The notes: a model not told the origin generated them from the sequence alone. 64,000 nucleotides of DNA from Chloroflexota bacterium (GCA_963662335.2 CAXXVD010000001.1:576001-640000), one strand, 5' to 3'. Positions 32,548 through 42,768 are shown, counted from the stretch's first letter. Program-made: numbers and translations.

Positions 32548-32710
32548 GTCTTCTGCGGCAGGCTGCCGAGATTTCCGCGTGTGTTTACCGATTCATCGAC
32601 AGTTTGCCACTCCGAGCGCGGCTTATATGTCATTCCGAGCGCAGCGAGGAATCTAGGATGCCGGCGCTTTAGATTCCTCGCTGCGCTCGGAATGACATTC
32701 GAGAGGTCTG

Positions 32711-33397
32711 GTGAACGAAAAGGGTACGTGGGTGAGTGACCGCATTGCAGAGGCGCCGCAGGGCATCTTCATCACGTTCGAGGGCGTGGAAGGTTCCGGC
32801 AAGACCACCCAGGTTGAACGGCTGGCCGGGCGGCTCCGCAAGTCCGGGCGTACGGTGGTGACCGCGCGCGAGCCGGGCGGCACGCCCATCAGCGACCGCA
32901 TCCGCGCCGTCGTGCTCGACCGGGGCAGCGCGGAGATCCATCCCCACACCGAGGCGCTGCTGATGTGCGCCGCCCGCGCGCAGCTTGTGCATGAAGTCAT
33001 CCGCCCGGCCCTGGCGCGCGGCGAAACGGTTATCTGCGACCGCTACAGCGATTCCACCTTTGCCTATCAGGGCTACGGGCGCGGCCAGGACCTCGCCACC
33101 CTGCGCGCGCTCAATCACTTCGCCACCGGCGGCCTGGTTCCCCACCTGACCATTTTGCTGGACTTGCCCGCTGCGGCCGGGCTGGAACGGCGGTTCGGCG
33201 CAAGCGACGGCGAATCCGTAGCGGCCAACCGCATGGACCGCCTCGACCTGGCCTTCCACCGGCGCGTCGCCGCCGGGTACCACGCCCTGGCGGCAGCGGA
33301 ACCAAACCGCTGGCGTCGCGTAGACGCGGCGCGCGGCATTGAAGACGTGGCCGCAGCAATTTGGAAAATTGCCGGCGCGCACCTGGGCATTTCGTGA
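32711..33397 (+). CDS. tmk: Thymidylate kinase
   Basis: FITFEGVEGSGKTTQ, REPGGT, CDRYSDSTFAYQGYGRG. The start may be GTG 32732. Confidence 0.96.
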   Translation: MNEKGTWVSDRIAEAPQGIFITFEGVEGSGKTTQVERLAGRLRKSGRTVVTAREPGGTPISDRIRAVVLDRGSAEIHPHTEALLMCAARAQLVHEVIRPALARGETVICDRYSDSTFAYQGYGRGQDLATLRALNHFATGGLVPHLTILLDLPAAAGLERRFGASDGESVAANRMDRLDLAFHRRVAAGYHALAAAEPNRWRRVDAARGIEDVAAAIWKIAGAHLGIS

Positions 33398-33612
33398 TAC
33401 AGTCTACGCAAGTAGGCCATTGCCCGTTGCCCGCAGCGCCGTCTCCTGAGGGCGAGGCTGAGGGTGAGGGGTCGCTCCGCGTAGCGCGGGGGCTTGTCCC
33501 CCGCCTCTTGCGACGCAACGTACGTCCGGTGTAGGGGCGCGACATGTCGTGCCCTTACACCGGACGCGGCCTACCCACATGCAATCGGACTTTTCACTGG
33601 AGAGAAGAACCC

Positions 33613-34476
33613 ATGAGCGAGCCGGCCATTCGCGTAGACGGCGTCAGCTACGCCTACGGCGACGTGAAGGCCGTGGACAACGTCAGCTTCAGCGTCGCCC
33701 AGGGCGAGGTCTTGGGCTTTCTGGGGCCGAACGGCGCGGGCAAGTCCACCACCATCAAGCTGCTCACCGGCCAGATGCGGCCCCAGAGCGGCGCAATCGC
33801 CATCCTGGGCATGGACGTTGCCAAAGACCGCGACGCCATCCAGGGCCGCATCGGCGTCTGCTTCGAGGAGAAGAACCTCTACCTCAATCTCTCCGCCAAC
33901 GAGAACCTGCGCTTCTTCGCCCGGCTCTTCGGCATCCGCGACTTCGACCCCACGCCGCTCTTGCAGCGGGTCGGTCTGGCCGACCGCGCCGGCGACCGCG
34001 TCAAGGGCTTTTCCAAAGGCATGCAGCAGCGGCTCATGGTGGCGCGCTGCCTCATCAACGCGCCGGACATCCTCTTCCTGGACGAACCCACCGACGGCCT
34101 CGATCCGGTCTCCTCCCAGGCCATTCGCCGGGTCATCGAGGAGGAAGCCGCGCGCGGCGCGGCCATCCTGCTCACCACCCACGACATGGACGAGGCGGAC
34201 AAGCTCTCGGACCGGGTGGCCTTCATCAACGACGGCACGATCGCCGCCCTGGATACGCCGGAGAACCTCAAACTCGCCCACGGCCAGCGCGCGGTGCGGG
34301 TGCGCACCCGCGCGAACGGCGAGGTGCGCGAGCAGGTGGTGCCGCTGGACGCCAGCGATACCGGCGACCAACTGAAAGCCGTGGTAGGCGCGGAAGGCCT
34401 GCTGACCATCCACACGGAAGAAGCGACGTTGGAAGCCGTCTTCATCACGCTGACGGGCCGCGGGCTGCAAGAGTGA
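33613..34476 (+). CDS. ABC-2 type exporter ATP-binding protein
   Basis: GPNGAGKSTT, FSKGMQQR, LFLDEPTDGLD, TTHDM. Confidence 0.93.
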   Translation: MSEPAIRVDGVSYAYGDVKAVDNVSFSVAQGEVLGFLGPNGAGKSTTIKLLTGQMRPQSGAIAILGMDVAKDRDAIQGRIGVCFEEKNLYLNLSANENLRFFARLFGIRDFDPTPLLQRVGLADRAGDRVKGFSKGMQQRLMVARCLINAPDILFLDEPTDGLDPVSSQAIRRVIEEEAARGAAILLTTHDMDEADKLSDRVAFINDGTIAALDTPENLKLAHGQRAVRVRTRANGEVREQVVPLDASDTGDQLKAVVGAEGLLTIHTEEATLEAVFITLTGRGLQE

Positions 34477-34541
34477 TGGGCCGCGGCTTGCAGGAATGAC
34501 GGGCCAAAGACCACAAGATTAATTGGTAGAGGAATTCAAGC

Positions 34542-35654
34542 ATGAGCGCCAGCGCCTCGCGCGCCGCCATCCTCTGGGCAATCATCCGCAAGGACTTGCT
34601 GGAATACCGCCGCGAGCGGTTCTTCGTCGTCATCACCGTCATCGGCATCGCGCTCTACGCCACCGCCTTCTGGCTGATGCCGAGCGACGTGGACGAATCG
34701 TTTGCCGTGGGCGTACGCCAGACCGGCATGGACGCCGTCTTTGCCCAGGCCATGGGCGACCAGGCTGCGGGCCTGGAAATCGTGCAGTTCGAGACCATTG
34801 AAGCGCTGGAGGCGGCGCTGGGCGTGGGCGGCGCGGAACCGGAGGAGCCGCTGGCGATTGGCCTGGCCTTCCCCGACGACTTCCTGCAACGGGTAGCCGC
34901 CGGCCAGCAGACCACGGTGCGGGTCTACGTGGACGCCAACGTGCCCGCCGAAATCCGGCGCGCCATGGCGAGTTTCGTGCGCGAGATCGCCTACGCCCTC
35001 TCCGGCAATCCCCTGCCGGTGGCCGAGCCTGACCGGGAAGTAATCGTGCTCGGTGAAGACCGGCTGGGCGCGCAGGTGCCGTTCCGCGAAAAGATGCGGC
35101 CCCTCTTTGCCTTCTTTGCGCTCATCATCGAGACCTTTGCCCTCAGTTCGCTGGTCGCCACCGAGATTCAGGCGCGCACGGTGACTGCCGTGCTGGTCTC
35201 GCCCACGCGGGTCTCCGACTTTCTAGCCGCCAAAGGCATCCTGGGCACGGGGATGGCGTTTGTCCAGGCCGTGCTCCTGCTGCTCATCATCGGCGCGTTC
35301 ACCACCCAGCCGCTCATCTTGCTCTGCGCGCTCCTGCTGGGCGCGGTGCTGGTGACCGGCTGCGGCCTGATCGCCGGCGCGGCGGGCAAGGACTTCATCG
35401 AGACGCTCTTCTACGGCATGGCCTTCATGGTGCCGCTGATGATTCCGGCAATCGCCGCGCTCTTTCCCGGCACCGCCGCGGCCTGGGTGAAAGTCCTGCC
35501 GTCCTACGGTCTGGTGCAGGCGGTGGTGCAGGCCAGCGCCTACAACGCCGGCTGGGCGGACGTGCTGCCGTACCTCGCCATGTTGCTGGCGTGGTGCGTG
35601 GTAGCCTTCGCGGCGGGATTGATAATCTTGAAGAGAAAGGTGGAGACGCTGTGA
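34542..35654 (+). CDS. ABC-2 type exporter permease
   Basis: IIRKDL N-terminus, extracellular loop, E..ARTVTAVLVSP motif, multiple TM helices; follows the ATPase gene. Confidence 0.88.
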   Translation: MSASASRAAILWAIIRKDLLEYRRERFFVVITVIGIALYATAFWLMPSDVDESFAVGVRQTGMDAVFAQAMGDQAAGLEIVQFETIEALEAALGVGGAEPEEPLAIGLAFPDDFLQRVAAGQQTTVRVYVDANVPAEIRRAMASFVREIAYALSGNPLPVAEPDREVIVLGEDRLGAQVPFREKMRPLFAFFALIIETFALSSLVATEIQARTVTAVLVSPTRVSDFLAAKGILGTGMAFVQAVLLLLIIGAFTTQPLILLCALLLGAVLVTGCGLIAGAAGKDFIETLFYGMAFMVPLMIPAIAALFPGTAAAWVKVLPSYGLVQAVVQASAYNAGWADVLPYLAMLLAWCVVAFAAGLIILKRKVETL

Positions 35655-36718
35655 GCGGAATGAACACGTTGCACCTATTGCGCAAGGACCTGGGCGTCGG
35701 TCCGCGCTCGCCGATCTTCCTCTACGCCATCGCGCTGCCGGTGATTCTCACGCTGCTCATTCGCGTGGTGTTTGGCAGCCTCTTCGATCCCGCGCCCCGG
35801 CTGGGCATCGTGGATGAAGGCGACTCTCAGATTGTCGAGAACGCCCGCAATGTCGAGGGGGTCGAGATTAGATTTCCGGAATCCGCCGCCGCCTTGATGC
35901 AGATGGTGGAGAAAAACGACCTGGACGCGGGCCTGGTGCTGCCCATCGGCTTCGACGCGGCGTTGCGGGCGGGCCAGATGCCCAACGCGCAGTTCTTCTT
36001 CGGCGGCCAGAGCCTGGCCTCGAACCGCGTCGTGTTGGGCGTGACCATGGTTGACCTCATCCGCGAGGCGGCGGGGGCGCCGGCGCCCATCGACGTGGAA
36101 ACCGTCACCGTAGGCGATGGCGACGCGGCGCCGCTGGTAGCGCGGCTGTTGCCCTTGATCGTCCTCATGGCGGTGCTCATCGCCGGCGCGCTCACCCCGG
36201 CCACAAGCCTGGTGGAAGAAAAAGAGAAGCGCACGCTCACCGCGCTGCTGGTCACGCCGGCCCGGCTGGGTGACGTGCTGCTCGCCAAGGGCGCGTTGGG
36301 CTTCATCCTGGCCATGGCCACCGGCACGGTCACCCTGGCGCTGAACGGCGCGCTGGGCGCGAATACTGCCGCGCTGCTGTTGGTGCTGGTACTGGCGACC
36401 CTCATGGCGGCCGAGGTCGGCCTGATGCTCGGCTCGTTCGCCAAAGACACCAAAGCGCTCTACACCATCTGGAAGTCCGGCGCCATCGTCCTGCTCGCGC
36501 CCGTGATCTTCTTCATCTGGCCCAACCTGCCCCAGTGGATAGGAAAAATCTTCCCCACCTACTACTTCCTCTCTCCCCTCTTCGAGATCGCCATCCGCGG
36601 CGCCGGCCTGGCTGACGTGTGGCCGGAACTCGCCATCGGCTTCGGCATCTGCGCGGCGTTCCTGCTGGGCGTCTACGCCCTGGGGCGGCGCATGGAGTCA
36701 ACCCTGGCCGCGACATAA
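35651..36718 (+). CDS. ABC-2 type exporter permease (second subunit)
   Basis: LLRKDL, EEKEKRTLTALLVTP, FPTYY; GTGA overlap with the previous gene. Confidence 0.88.
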   Translation: MSGMNTLHLLRKDLGVGPRSPIFLYAIALPVILTLLIRVVFGSLFDPAPRLGIVDEGDSQIVENARNVEGVEIRFPESAAALMQMVEKNDLDAGLVLPIGFDAALRAGQMPNAQFFFGGQSLASNRVVLGVTMVDLIREAAGAPAPIDVETVTVGDGDAAPLVARLLPLIVLMAVLIAGALTPATSLVEEKEKRTLTALLVTPARLGDVLLAKGALGFILAMATGTVTLALNGALGANTAALLLVLVLATLMAAEVGLMLGSFAKDTKALYTIWKSGAIVLLAPVIFFIWPNLPQWIGKIFPTYYFLSPLFEIAIRGAGLADVWPELAIGFGICAAFLLGVYALGRRMESTLAAT

Positions 36719-36721
36719 GGA

Positions 36722-36781
36722 CGCCTGGATGATGAAGGCAGTCTCGTGTCCGCCCATCGGCCGCAGGCCAAATTGCGTTGA
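36722..36781 (+). pseudogene. Orphan 3'-terminal remnant of a beta-propeller paralog
   Basis: Translates as RLDDEGSLVSAHRPQAKLR*, matching the paralog C-termini RLDDKGNLMPANPQ and RIDDEGNLVPANSP. Followed by TGAACCCTA, as after copy 4. Confidence 0.7.
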
Positions 36782-36821
36782 ACCCTAAACGGAATCTGTA
36801 TGTTACTGGGGATTCTCTAAT

Positions 36822-36870
36822 CTGTTGGCCTCATCCGTTTGACATCATGGCAATATATGCGCTCTATCAG
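36822..36870 (+). repeat. Conserved upstream motif of the propeller array, copy 1
   Basis: CTGTTGGCCTCATCCGTTTGACATCATGGCAATATATGCGCTCTATCAG. Confidence 0.8.
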
Positions 36871-36904
36871 GTATATCACCCGTGAGTTAGCAAGGAGTGT
36901 CATC

Positions 36905-38227
36905 ATGCGGCGAGATTGGTCGACGCTGCGAAGGTTTCTCCTGCTGTTCACATTCCTGATCACTAGTGCTTGCAGTGGCAGCACATCTACTAGCGAGCCA
37001 GCCTACCCATGCGGGCCATTCTTCATTGGCGAGAGGGCATACAAACAATTCCCTCTCGAATGGACGCCCGACGGCAATCTTCTTATCTTTCGCGCAGGCA
37101 CAACCATTGGAGTAGTTGATGCCATAGGTACAAACCTGCGGACGCTTGCTGATGCGAATCCGGGAAACGAACTGATGTATGGCATTCATGTGGATATCTC
37201 ACCAGACGGTAGGCAGGTTGTTTACTCCAGTTGCGAATTCCCGACGGGAGGCGGGACAATACGACCCGCAAGGAAAGACTTCAACTATGAATTAGTCTTA
37301 GTCAACCTGGAAGGCACGGAAAAACAGCGTTTGACACTGAACACACATCTCGACCTCTACCCGGCGTGGTCACCCAATGGCAGCCGCATTGCCTTTGTTG
37401 CGAACCCGCGCAGCAGGCACGCGGAACTCTATGTTATGGCGGCAGATGGGTCAGATGTGCGGCAGGTAGCAACCACGCTCATAGAATCGGTTACCGAGAG
37501 ATACGGCAAGAGACTAGCGACAAACGCCCTACATACGCACTGGAAGAGAGGAGAGGGAGAAGATCTCAGCGATGACGAAGACGCGTGGTTGGGTGCCGTA
37601 GCCCTTGCGCCGCCGTTGTGGTCGCCCGACGGAAAGCGCTTGGCGTTCTTGGTCGAGGAAGGGGAGTATGGGCCGTATCAGAAGATCCTGTACTCGGTGC
37701 GCGCAGATGGAACAGACTTGAAGCGTGTGGCGGCGACGGAAGCTTTGCCAGCCTGGTCACCGGATGGGCAAAGGATAGCTCTGGTAACGTATGCCGGCGA
37801 TGATTTGGCGCTCTACACAATACTGGCAGACGGTTCTGACCCAAAGCTGATAACCACCGTAACAGAGAAGGAGACCTTCGAGCATCGGAACTCCCGATAC
37901 TTCAGCGCGGATTTTACTCTGTCGTGGTCGCCGGACGGCGCCCAGATACTCTATACCTGTGACTTTGGCGCGTGTGTAGTGAACGTAGGGAATAGCGAAG
38001 TTACTGTCTTGGTGGAGGGAACGACAAAGTGGGACGAAGAGACGTACATTGCAGCGTGGTCACCAGACGGTGCCCGCATTGCTCTGTACGTTCCCGGCAA
38101 TGACTACTACAACATACCGACCCAACTCTACACGATAGCCCGCGACGGCACCGACCGCCGCGACCTGATAGCCCTGGACACCAGCGGCAACCTGGCTCCG
38201 GCCAACCCACCGAAGGAGGCACCGTGA
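36905..38227 (+). CDS. TolB-like PD40/WD40-like beta-propeller lipoprotein, copy 1 (type A)
   Basis: ITSAC lipobox, YPCGP, about 8 W(S/T)PDG repeats, YTCDFGAC; AAGGAG RBS. Confidence 0.85.
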   Translation: MRRDWSTLRRFLLLFTFLITSACSGSTSTSEPAYPCGPFFIGERAYKQFPLEWTPDGNLLIFRAGTTIGVVDAIGTNLRTLADANPGNELMYGIHVDISPDGRQVVYSSCEFPTGGGTIRPARKDFNYELVLVNLEGTEKQRLTLNTHLDLYPAWSPNGSRIAFVANPRSRHAELYVMAADGSDVRQVATTLIESVTERYGKRLATNALHTHWKRGEGEDLSDDEDAWLGAVALAPPLWSPDGKRLAFLVEEGEYGPYQKILYSVRADGTDLKRVAATEALPAWSPDGQRIALVTYAGDDLALYTILADGSDPKLITTVTEKETFEHRNSRYFSADFTLSWSPDGAQILYTCDFGACVVNVGNSEVTVLVEGTTKWDEETYIAAWSPDGARIALYVPGNDYYNIPTQLYTIARDGTDRRDLIALDTSGNLAPANPPKEAP

Positions 38228-38274
38228 TGAACAGTGATCGGAAAATCCCTTATTTGCCAAGTTCCTTTCAAGAA

Positions 38275-38328
38275 CCTGACTGTTCACCACACCCGTTTGA
38301 CATCCTGGCTATATATGCGCTCTATCAG
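38275..38328 (+). repeat. Conserved upstream motif, copy 2
   Basis: CCTGACTGTTCACCACACCCGTTTGACATCCTGGC core, identical in copies 2, 3 and 4. Confidence 0.9.
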
Positions 38329-38356
38329 ACAATTCCGTAAGCAAAGGACTGTGAGC

Positions 38357-39625
38357 ATGCGACGATTCTGTTTGGCCGCATTGGGGCTGGCACTGGCCTT
38401 AAGTGTTGTCAGTTGCGGCCCACGGCAAACCGATGTATACGATGGAGACGCTTACCCATGTGGCCCGTTAGGGTTGGATGGCCCCTACCTCAATTTGGAA
38501 AGACATGTCCTTAACTGGACCCCGGACGGCTCTCAGCTCATTTTCCCCCACGATACAACCATTTGGATCGTTGACACCGCCGGAGTTCGGTTGAATGCGC
38601 TGGTTGACGTGAACCCGGACAACGAGCTTGGCTACGGCTTCCACGCCGATATTTCGCCGGACGGCACGCGCATGGTATATGCCACCTGCGAGTTCCACTC
38701 AAGCGACACCTTGTTTGTGCAACGAGATGACTACAATTACGAGATCGCCGTTATCAACCTCAATGGCACTGGTCGCCAGCGACTCACGACGAACCGAATA
38801 CTTGACTACTTTCCCGTTTGGTCGCCCGTCGGCAACCGTATCGCCTACATATCGAACCCTAGAGGAGCCAGCGACCACACCAACGAACTCTTCGCGATGG
38901 CAACGGACGGGTCGGACGTCCGGGACGTATTATCAAGTGCCACGCCTGCGAAAGTTAGCGATAGAAGACTGTATGGCAAGGTCGTGCTAGCGCCACCGAT
39001 GTGGTCGCCGCCAGACGGTAGCTACTTAGCATTTCTGGTGAATGAAGGAAGCAATATACCGTATCGGCACATTCTCTACACGGTGCACCTTGGTGCGATG
39101 GAGTTGACCCGGGTCGCAGAGGTGGCGGGTCTGCCGGAAGGCAGCCTTGTGCCAATCTTGCCGTCCTGGTCGCCGGATGGCGAACATCTTGCTTTCGTAA
39201 TGGCCGATGAGGAGGGTACGCCTGCCGGCGTCTACACTATCCGTCCAGATGCAACAGACCTGCGGCAGGTGCTGGAACCGCAAGCACCAGGTTGGAGAGT
39301 ATTCCACGTGGCTTGGGCGCCGGATGGTGCCGAGATTCTCGTCGTCACTGATCAGGGGTTGCATTTCATTCAGCCGGACGGTAGCGGTCTGCGCATGGTG
39401 GACCAGAGTACCGCGTTTCATGACTCCGTTGATAGCCTAGGGATTGCTGTGGCATGGTCACCTGACGGCACACGTATTGCGTTGTACTTACCAGGCGCTG
39501 CCTACAAGAACATACCGACCCAACTCTACACAATAGCCCGCGACGGCACCGACCGCCGCGATCTGATAACCCTGGACGCCGACGGCAACCTGGCTCCGGC
39601 CAACCCGCCGCAGGAGGCGCCGTGA
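38357..39625 (+). CDS. TolB-like beta-propeller lipoprotein, copy 2 (type B)
   Basis: VVSC lipobox, YPCGP, WSPDG repeats, QVLEPQ..W..FIQPDGSGLR. Confidence 0.85.
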   Translation: MRRFCLAALGLALALSVVSCGPRQTDVYDGDAYPCGPLGLDGPYLNLERHVLNWTPDGSQLIFPHDTTIWIVDTAGVRLNALVDVNPDNELGYGFHADISPDGTRMVYATCEFHSSDTLFVQRDDYNYEIAVINLNGTGRQRLTTNRILDYFPVWSPVGNRIAYISNPRGASDHTNELFAMATDGSDVRDVLSSATPAKVSDRRLYGKVVLAPPMWSPPDGSYLAFLVNEGSNIPYRHILYTVHLGAMELTRVAEVAGLPEGSLVPILPSWSPDGEHLAFVMADEEGTPAGVYTIRPDATDLRQVLEPQAPGWRVFHVAWAPDGAEILVVTDQGLHFIQPDGSGLRMVDQSTAFHDSVDSLGIAVAWSPDGTRIALYLPGAAYKNIPTQLYTIARDGTDRRDLITLDADGNLAPANPPQEAP

Positions 39626-39671
39626 TGAACAATGATCAGATTGCCCCTCATTACCAAGTTCCTTTCAAGAA

Positions 39672-39725
39672 CCTGACTGTTCACCACACCCGTTTGACAT
39701 CCTGGCGATTTATGCGCTTTGTGAG
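39672..39725 (+). repeat. Conserved upstream motif, copy 3
   Basis: Identical 35-bp core. Confidence 0.9.
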
Positions 39726-39754
39726 ACAAAGTGACACTTGAGGACTCTATTGCT

Positions 39755-41119
39755 ATGGATTGGATCAAGCAGTTACCTATGTTCGTACTTGCCGCTGTAG
39801 TGTGTCTTGGCATGACTGCGTGTGCGCAAGAAAAGGGCGAAGGATCTGGCATGGATACACAGCCGACTTCCACGCCTTCAGTGCTGTCCACTCCGCTCAC
39901 CCCGCTGCCGACGCCAAGGGAAAAGGGGGACGAAACTTTGGTATTGCCCTGCGGGCCGACACCTCAGGAAGCAGGCGGTCATGATTTCTATGGCTTCGGC
40001 GATGTCTTTCTAGAGTTCACGCCAGATGGCTCCCAGCTAATGTTTTCTTACAGCACTTCCATTTGGATCGTTGATGTTGCGGGTACCCAATTGCGTATGC
40101 TGGTGAATGCCAATCCCCGAGGCAGCTTTGAATACGGCTTCCATGCCGACATTTCGCCTGACGGTACGCAGGTCGTCTTTTCGACCTGCGATTACCCTTG
40201 GGACGCTCAGAGTTTTGCCGCTAGGCATGGCAATGCATTGCTCTCACTGCCCGTATACTCACCTGACAAGTATGATATTGCCTTGATTGACATTGACGGT
40301 GACGCGCCACGGCGACTCACTAAGAGTCGATACTTGGACCACTTTCCGGCATGGTCGCCCGACGGAAGTCGCATCGCTTACATCCACTTCCTTGATAGTA
40401 CCCGCATGGGAATACCCCCCAGAACCATCCGAACGATGACGGCAAACGGCTCCGAGTGGCAGGAGGTTCAGAAGACTCGCAGTTTGGCAATTGCTGCCGC
40501 ACGGCTGGCGTGGTCGCCGGATGGGAAGAAGCTAGCATTCCTCGTACATGACTGGGAGAACTGGCCGCGTCAATATACCCTCTACACCGCCCTCGCCAAT
40601 GGCTCCGAATTGCGGAAAGTGGCTGAGAACGTTGTAAGCGACGCGGCATGGTCGCCGAATGGACAGCTTATTGCACTAGCAAGGCTCGTCGGCGAGGAAG
40701 TAGGGCTCTACACTCTGGCCGCTGACGGCTCCGACCAGAAGCTGATTGCTGCCATTAACGACATAGAGGGGTACCTGGACTGGTCTGTTGAATTCACATC
40801 TTTGTTGGTGAACTCGGAGGCGTGGTCGCCGGATGGCACTATGCTTCTCTATTCTTGTCTTGAAGGCGCATGCGTAATTGATGTCGAGAGTGGACAGAGC
40901 ATCGGGCTGGTATCCGACAGTGCAGTGAGGTATCGCCAACCTTTCATTGCAGCTTGGTCTCCGGACGGCTCGCGAATCGCGATCTATACGCCCGGGCACA
41001 CTTTTGACGGCGTACCGGCCCGGCTTTTCACAGTAGCCCGTGACGGAAACGACCACAGCGATCTGATACGTATAGATGACGAGGGCAATTTGGTGCCAGC
41101 GAACTCGCCAAGAGAATGA
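39755..41119 (+). CDS. TolB-like beta-propeller lipoprotein, copy 3 (type A)
   Basis: MTAC lipobox, Pro/Thr linker, LPCGP, WSPDG repeats, YSCLEGAC. Confidence 0.85.
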   Translation: MDWIKQLPMFVLAAVVCLGMTACAQEKGEGSGMDTQPTSTPSVLSTPLTPLPTPREKGDETLVLPCGPTPQEAGGHDFYGFGDVFLEFTPDGSQLMFSYSTSIWIVDVAGTQLRMLVNANPRGSFEYGFHADISPDGTQVVFSTCDYPWDAQSFAARHGNALLSLPVYSPDKYDIALIDIDGDAPRRLTKSRYLDHFPAWSPDGSRIAYIHFLDSTRMGIPPRTIRTMTANGSEWQEVQKTRSLAIAAARLAWSPDGKKLAFLVHDWENWPRQYTLYTALANGSELRKVAENVVSDAAWSPNGQLIALARLVGEEVGLYTLAADGSDQKLIAAINDIEGYLDWSVEFTSLLVNSEAWSPDGTMLLYSCLEGACVIDVESGQSIGLVSDSAVRYRQPFIAAWSPDGSRIAIYTPGHTFDGVPARLFTVARDGNDHSDLIRIDDEGNLVPANSPRE

Positions 41120-41190
41120 ACCATGTTTAACTATCCCATATTTTCGCCTGACCCTCTGCTAGCCCATGGCAGACGCGAATCCTCGGCGTG

Positions 41191-41244
41191 CCTGACTGTT
41201 CACCACACCCGTTTGACATCCTGGCAATCTACGCTCTGTACCAG
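41191..41244 (+). repeat. Conserved upstream motif, copy 4
   Basis: Identical 35-bp core, although the sequence upstream of it is unrelated to copies 2 and 3. Confidence 0.9.
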
Positions 41245-41266
41245 ACGTTACCGTGAGGAAAGACTG

Positions 41267-42676
41267 TTGTTCCAGCGAATAGTTCGTGTAGGATTGCTTG
41301 TGCTTCTGACACTGGCTGTTGTCGCATGCCAGCAAGACTCGATCAGATCCCAACAAGAGACAACTATCGGTGAGAGGATTCAAGCTAATGCAAGTCCTTC
41401 GCCTATAGCCATCGTCGTACCAACGGCAACACCCTATCCGACTCCAGATACTGCGCCAGACGGTGAGCCAAGTTTTGATTGTGGCCCACTGGGCATGGCT
41501 GGGCCTCACGCAGCTTCAGAAAGACTGACTCTGGCGTGGACGCCGGATAGCACTCAGATCTTATTCAACTACGCGCCTACAGACAGACAGCAATATGATG
41601 GGAAACCGCTCTTCTTAAGTGCCTTTTGGATGGTGGACGCGGCCGGCACGAGGTTGCAGATGCTTGTGGATTCCAATCCCGGCTATTACTCCGCTTACGG
41701 ATATCACGCTGACTTGTCCCCGGATGGTAAGCGGATTGCATACACTACTTGCGAGTTTGCTCACGAAGGATTCCTAGGTTACCGCGGCGAAAACATGGAA
41801 CGAGCACGATTCCTGTACGAGATTGCTGTCATCAACCTAGACGGTACTGGTCAGGAGCGGATCACGGCGAATAGATATCTTGAGCACTATCCAGTCTGGT
41901 CGCCCGATGGTTACCGCATCGCGCTCATTTCAAACTCTGCCGGGCCACACAGAACCCTTCGAAACGGCCGTACTGTACTCTACACAATATCGGCAGACGG
42001 ATCCGATTGGCAACGGGTGTCGGTGCCTGAACAAACCGGCTTGGCACTCGCGCCGCCGGCGTGGTCTCCCGATGGAGTGTACCTAGCGTTCGTGGCAGAT
42101 GGAGGAGAAAACCTATCGAATAGGAGTGTTTTGTATACCGTGAGGGCAGATGGGTCAGAAGGAGGCAGAATTGCAGATATTGCGACCAAGTCAGGTCTAC
42201 TGTGGCACTTGCCAACGCTACCCAGTTGGTCACCGGATGGTAAACACCTTGCATTTGTGAAGGCTGCCGGCAATGGCAGGTCTGGCGGCATCTACTTGGC
42301 ACGACCTGATGGCTCAAACTTGCAACAAGTGCTGCAACCGCAAGAGCCGAACTGGAACATCACTCAAGTCTTGTGGTCGCCAGATGGCTCGGAGATTCTT
42401 GCAGTATCGGATCAGCGGCTTTACTTCTTCCAACCGGACGGTAGCAGTCTGCGGACGGTGGAACTGAGGGTTGAAGAATTCTACGGCCCTAAGCGAATAG
42501 TTGCATGGGCGCCAAACAGTACCCGTATCGCAATCTACACACTGTTAGACAGTAGCAGTAACATACAGCCTCAGCTCTACACAGTAGCCCGGGACGGTAC
42601 CAACCGCCGCGACCTGATAACCCTGGACGCCGACGGCAACCTGGCTCCGGCCAACCCACCGCAGGGGGCACCATGA
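41267..42676 (+). CDS. TolB-like beta-propeller lipoprotein, copy 4 (type B)
   Basis: VVAC lipobox, FDCGP, WSPDG repeats, QVLQPQEPNW..FFQPDGSSLR. The TTG start after GAGGA is tentative. Confidence 0.83.
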   Translation: MFQRIVRVGLLVLLTLAVVACQQDSIRSQQETTIGERIQANASPSPIAIVVPTATPYPTPDTAPDGEPSFDCGPLGMAGPHAASERLTLAWTPDSTQILFNYAPTDRQQYDGKPLFLSAFWMVDAAGTRLQMLVDSNPGYYSAYGYHADLSPDGKRIAYTTCEFAHEGFLGYRGENMERARFLYEIAVINLDGTGQERITANRYLEHYPVWSPDGYRIALISNSAGPHRTLRNGRTVLYTISADGSDWQRVSVPEQTGLALAPPAWSPDGVYLAFVADGGENLSNRSVLYTVRADGSEGGRIADIATKSGLLWHLPTLPSWSPDGKHLAFVKAAGNGRSGGIYLARPDGSNLQQVLQPQEPNWNITQVLWSPDGSEILAVSDQRLYFFQPDGSSLRTVELRVEEFYGPKRIVAWAPNSTRIAIYTLLDSSSNIQPQLYTVARDGTNRRDLITLDADGNLAPANPPQGAP

Positions 42677-42687
42677 TGAACCCTAGC

Positions 42688-42741
42688 CGGATTGTCCACC
42701 GCATGCGCTGGACATCCTGGCGATCTATGCACTCTGCCAAA
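42688..42741 (+). repeat. Conserved upstream motif, copy 5 (diverged)
   Basis: TTGTCCACCGCATGCGCTGGACATCCTGGCGATCTATGCACTCTG aligns with the core. Confidence 0.75.
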
Positions 42742-42768
42742 GCCGCGACTGAGGATTGGAGTGTCAAA

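Noticed and set aside
38227-38340. Conserved small peptides translated from the TGATG overlaps between propeller genes
   Set aside because: A 1-nt indel changes the frame between the near-identical intergenic copies, so the peptide is not conserved.
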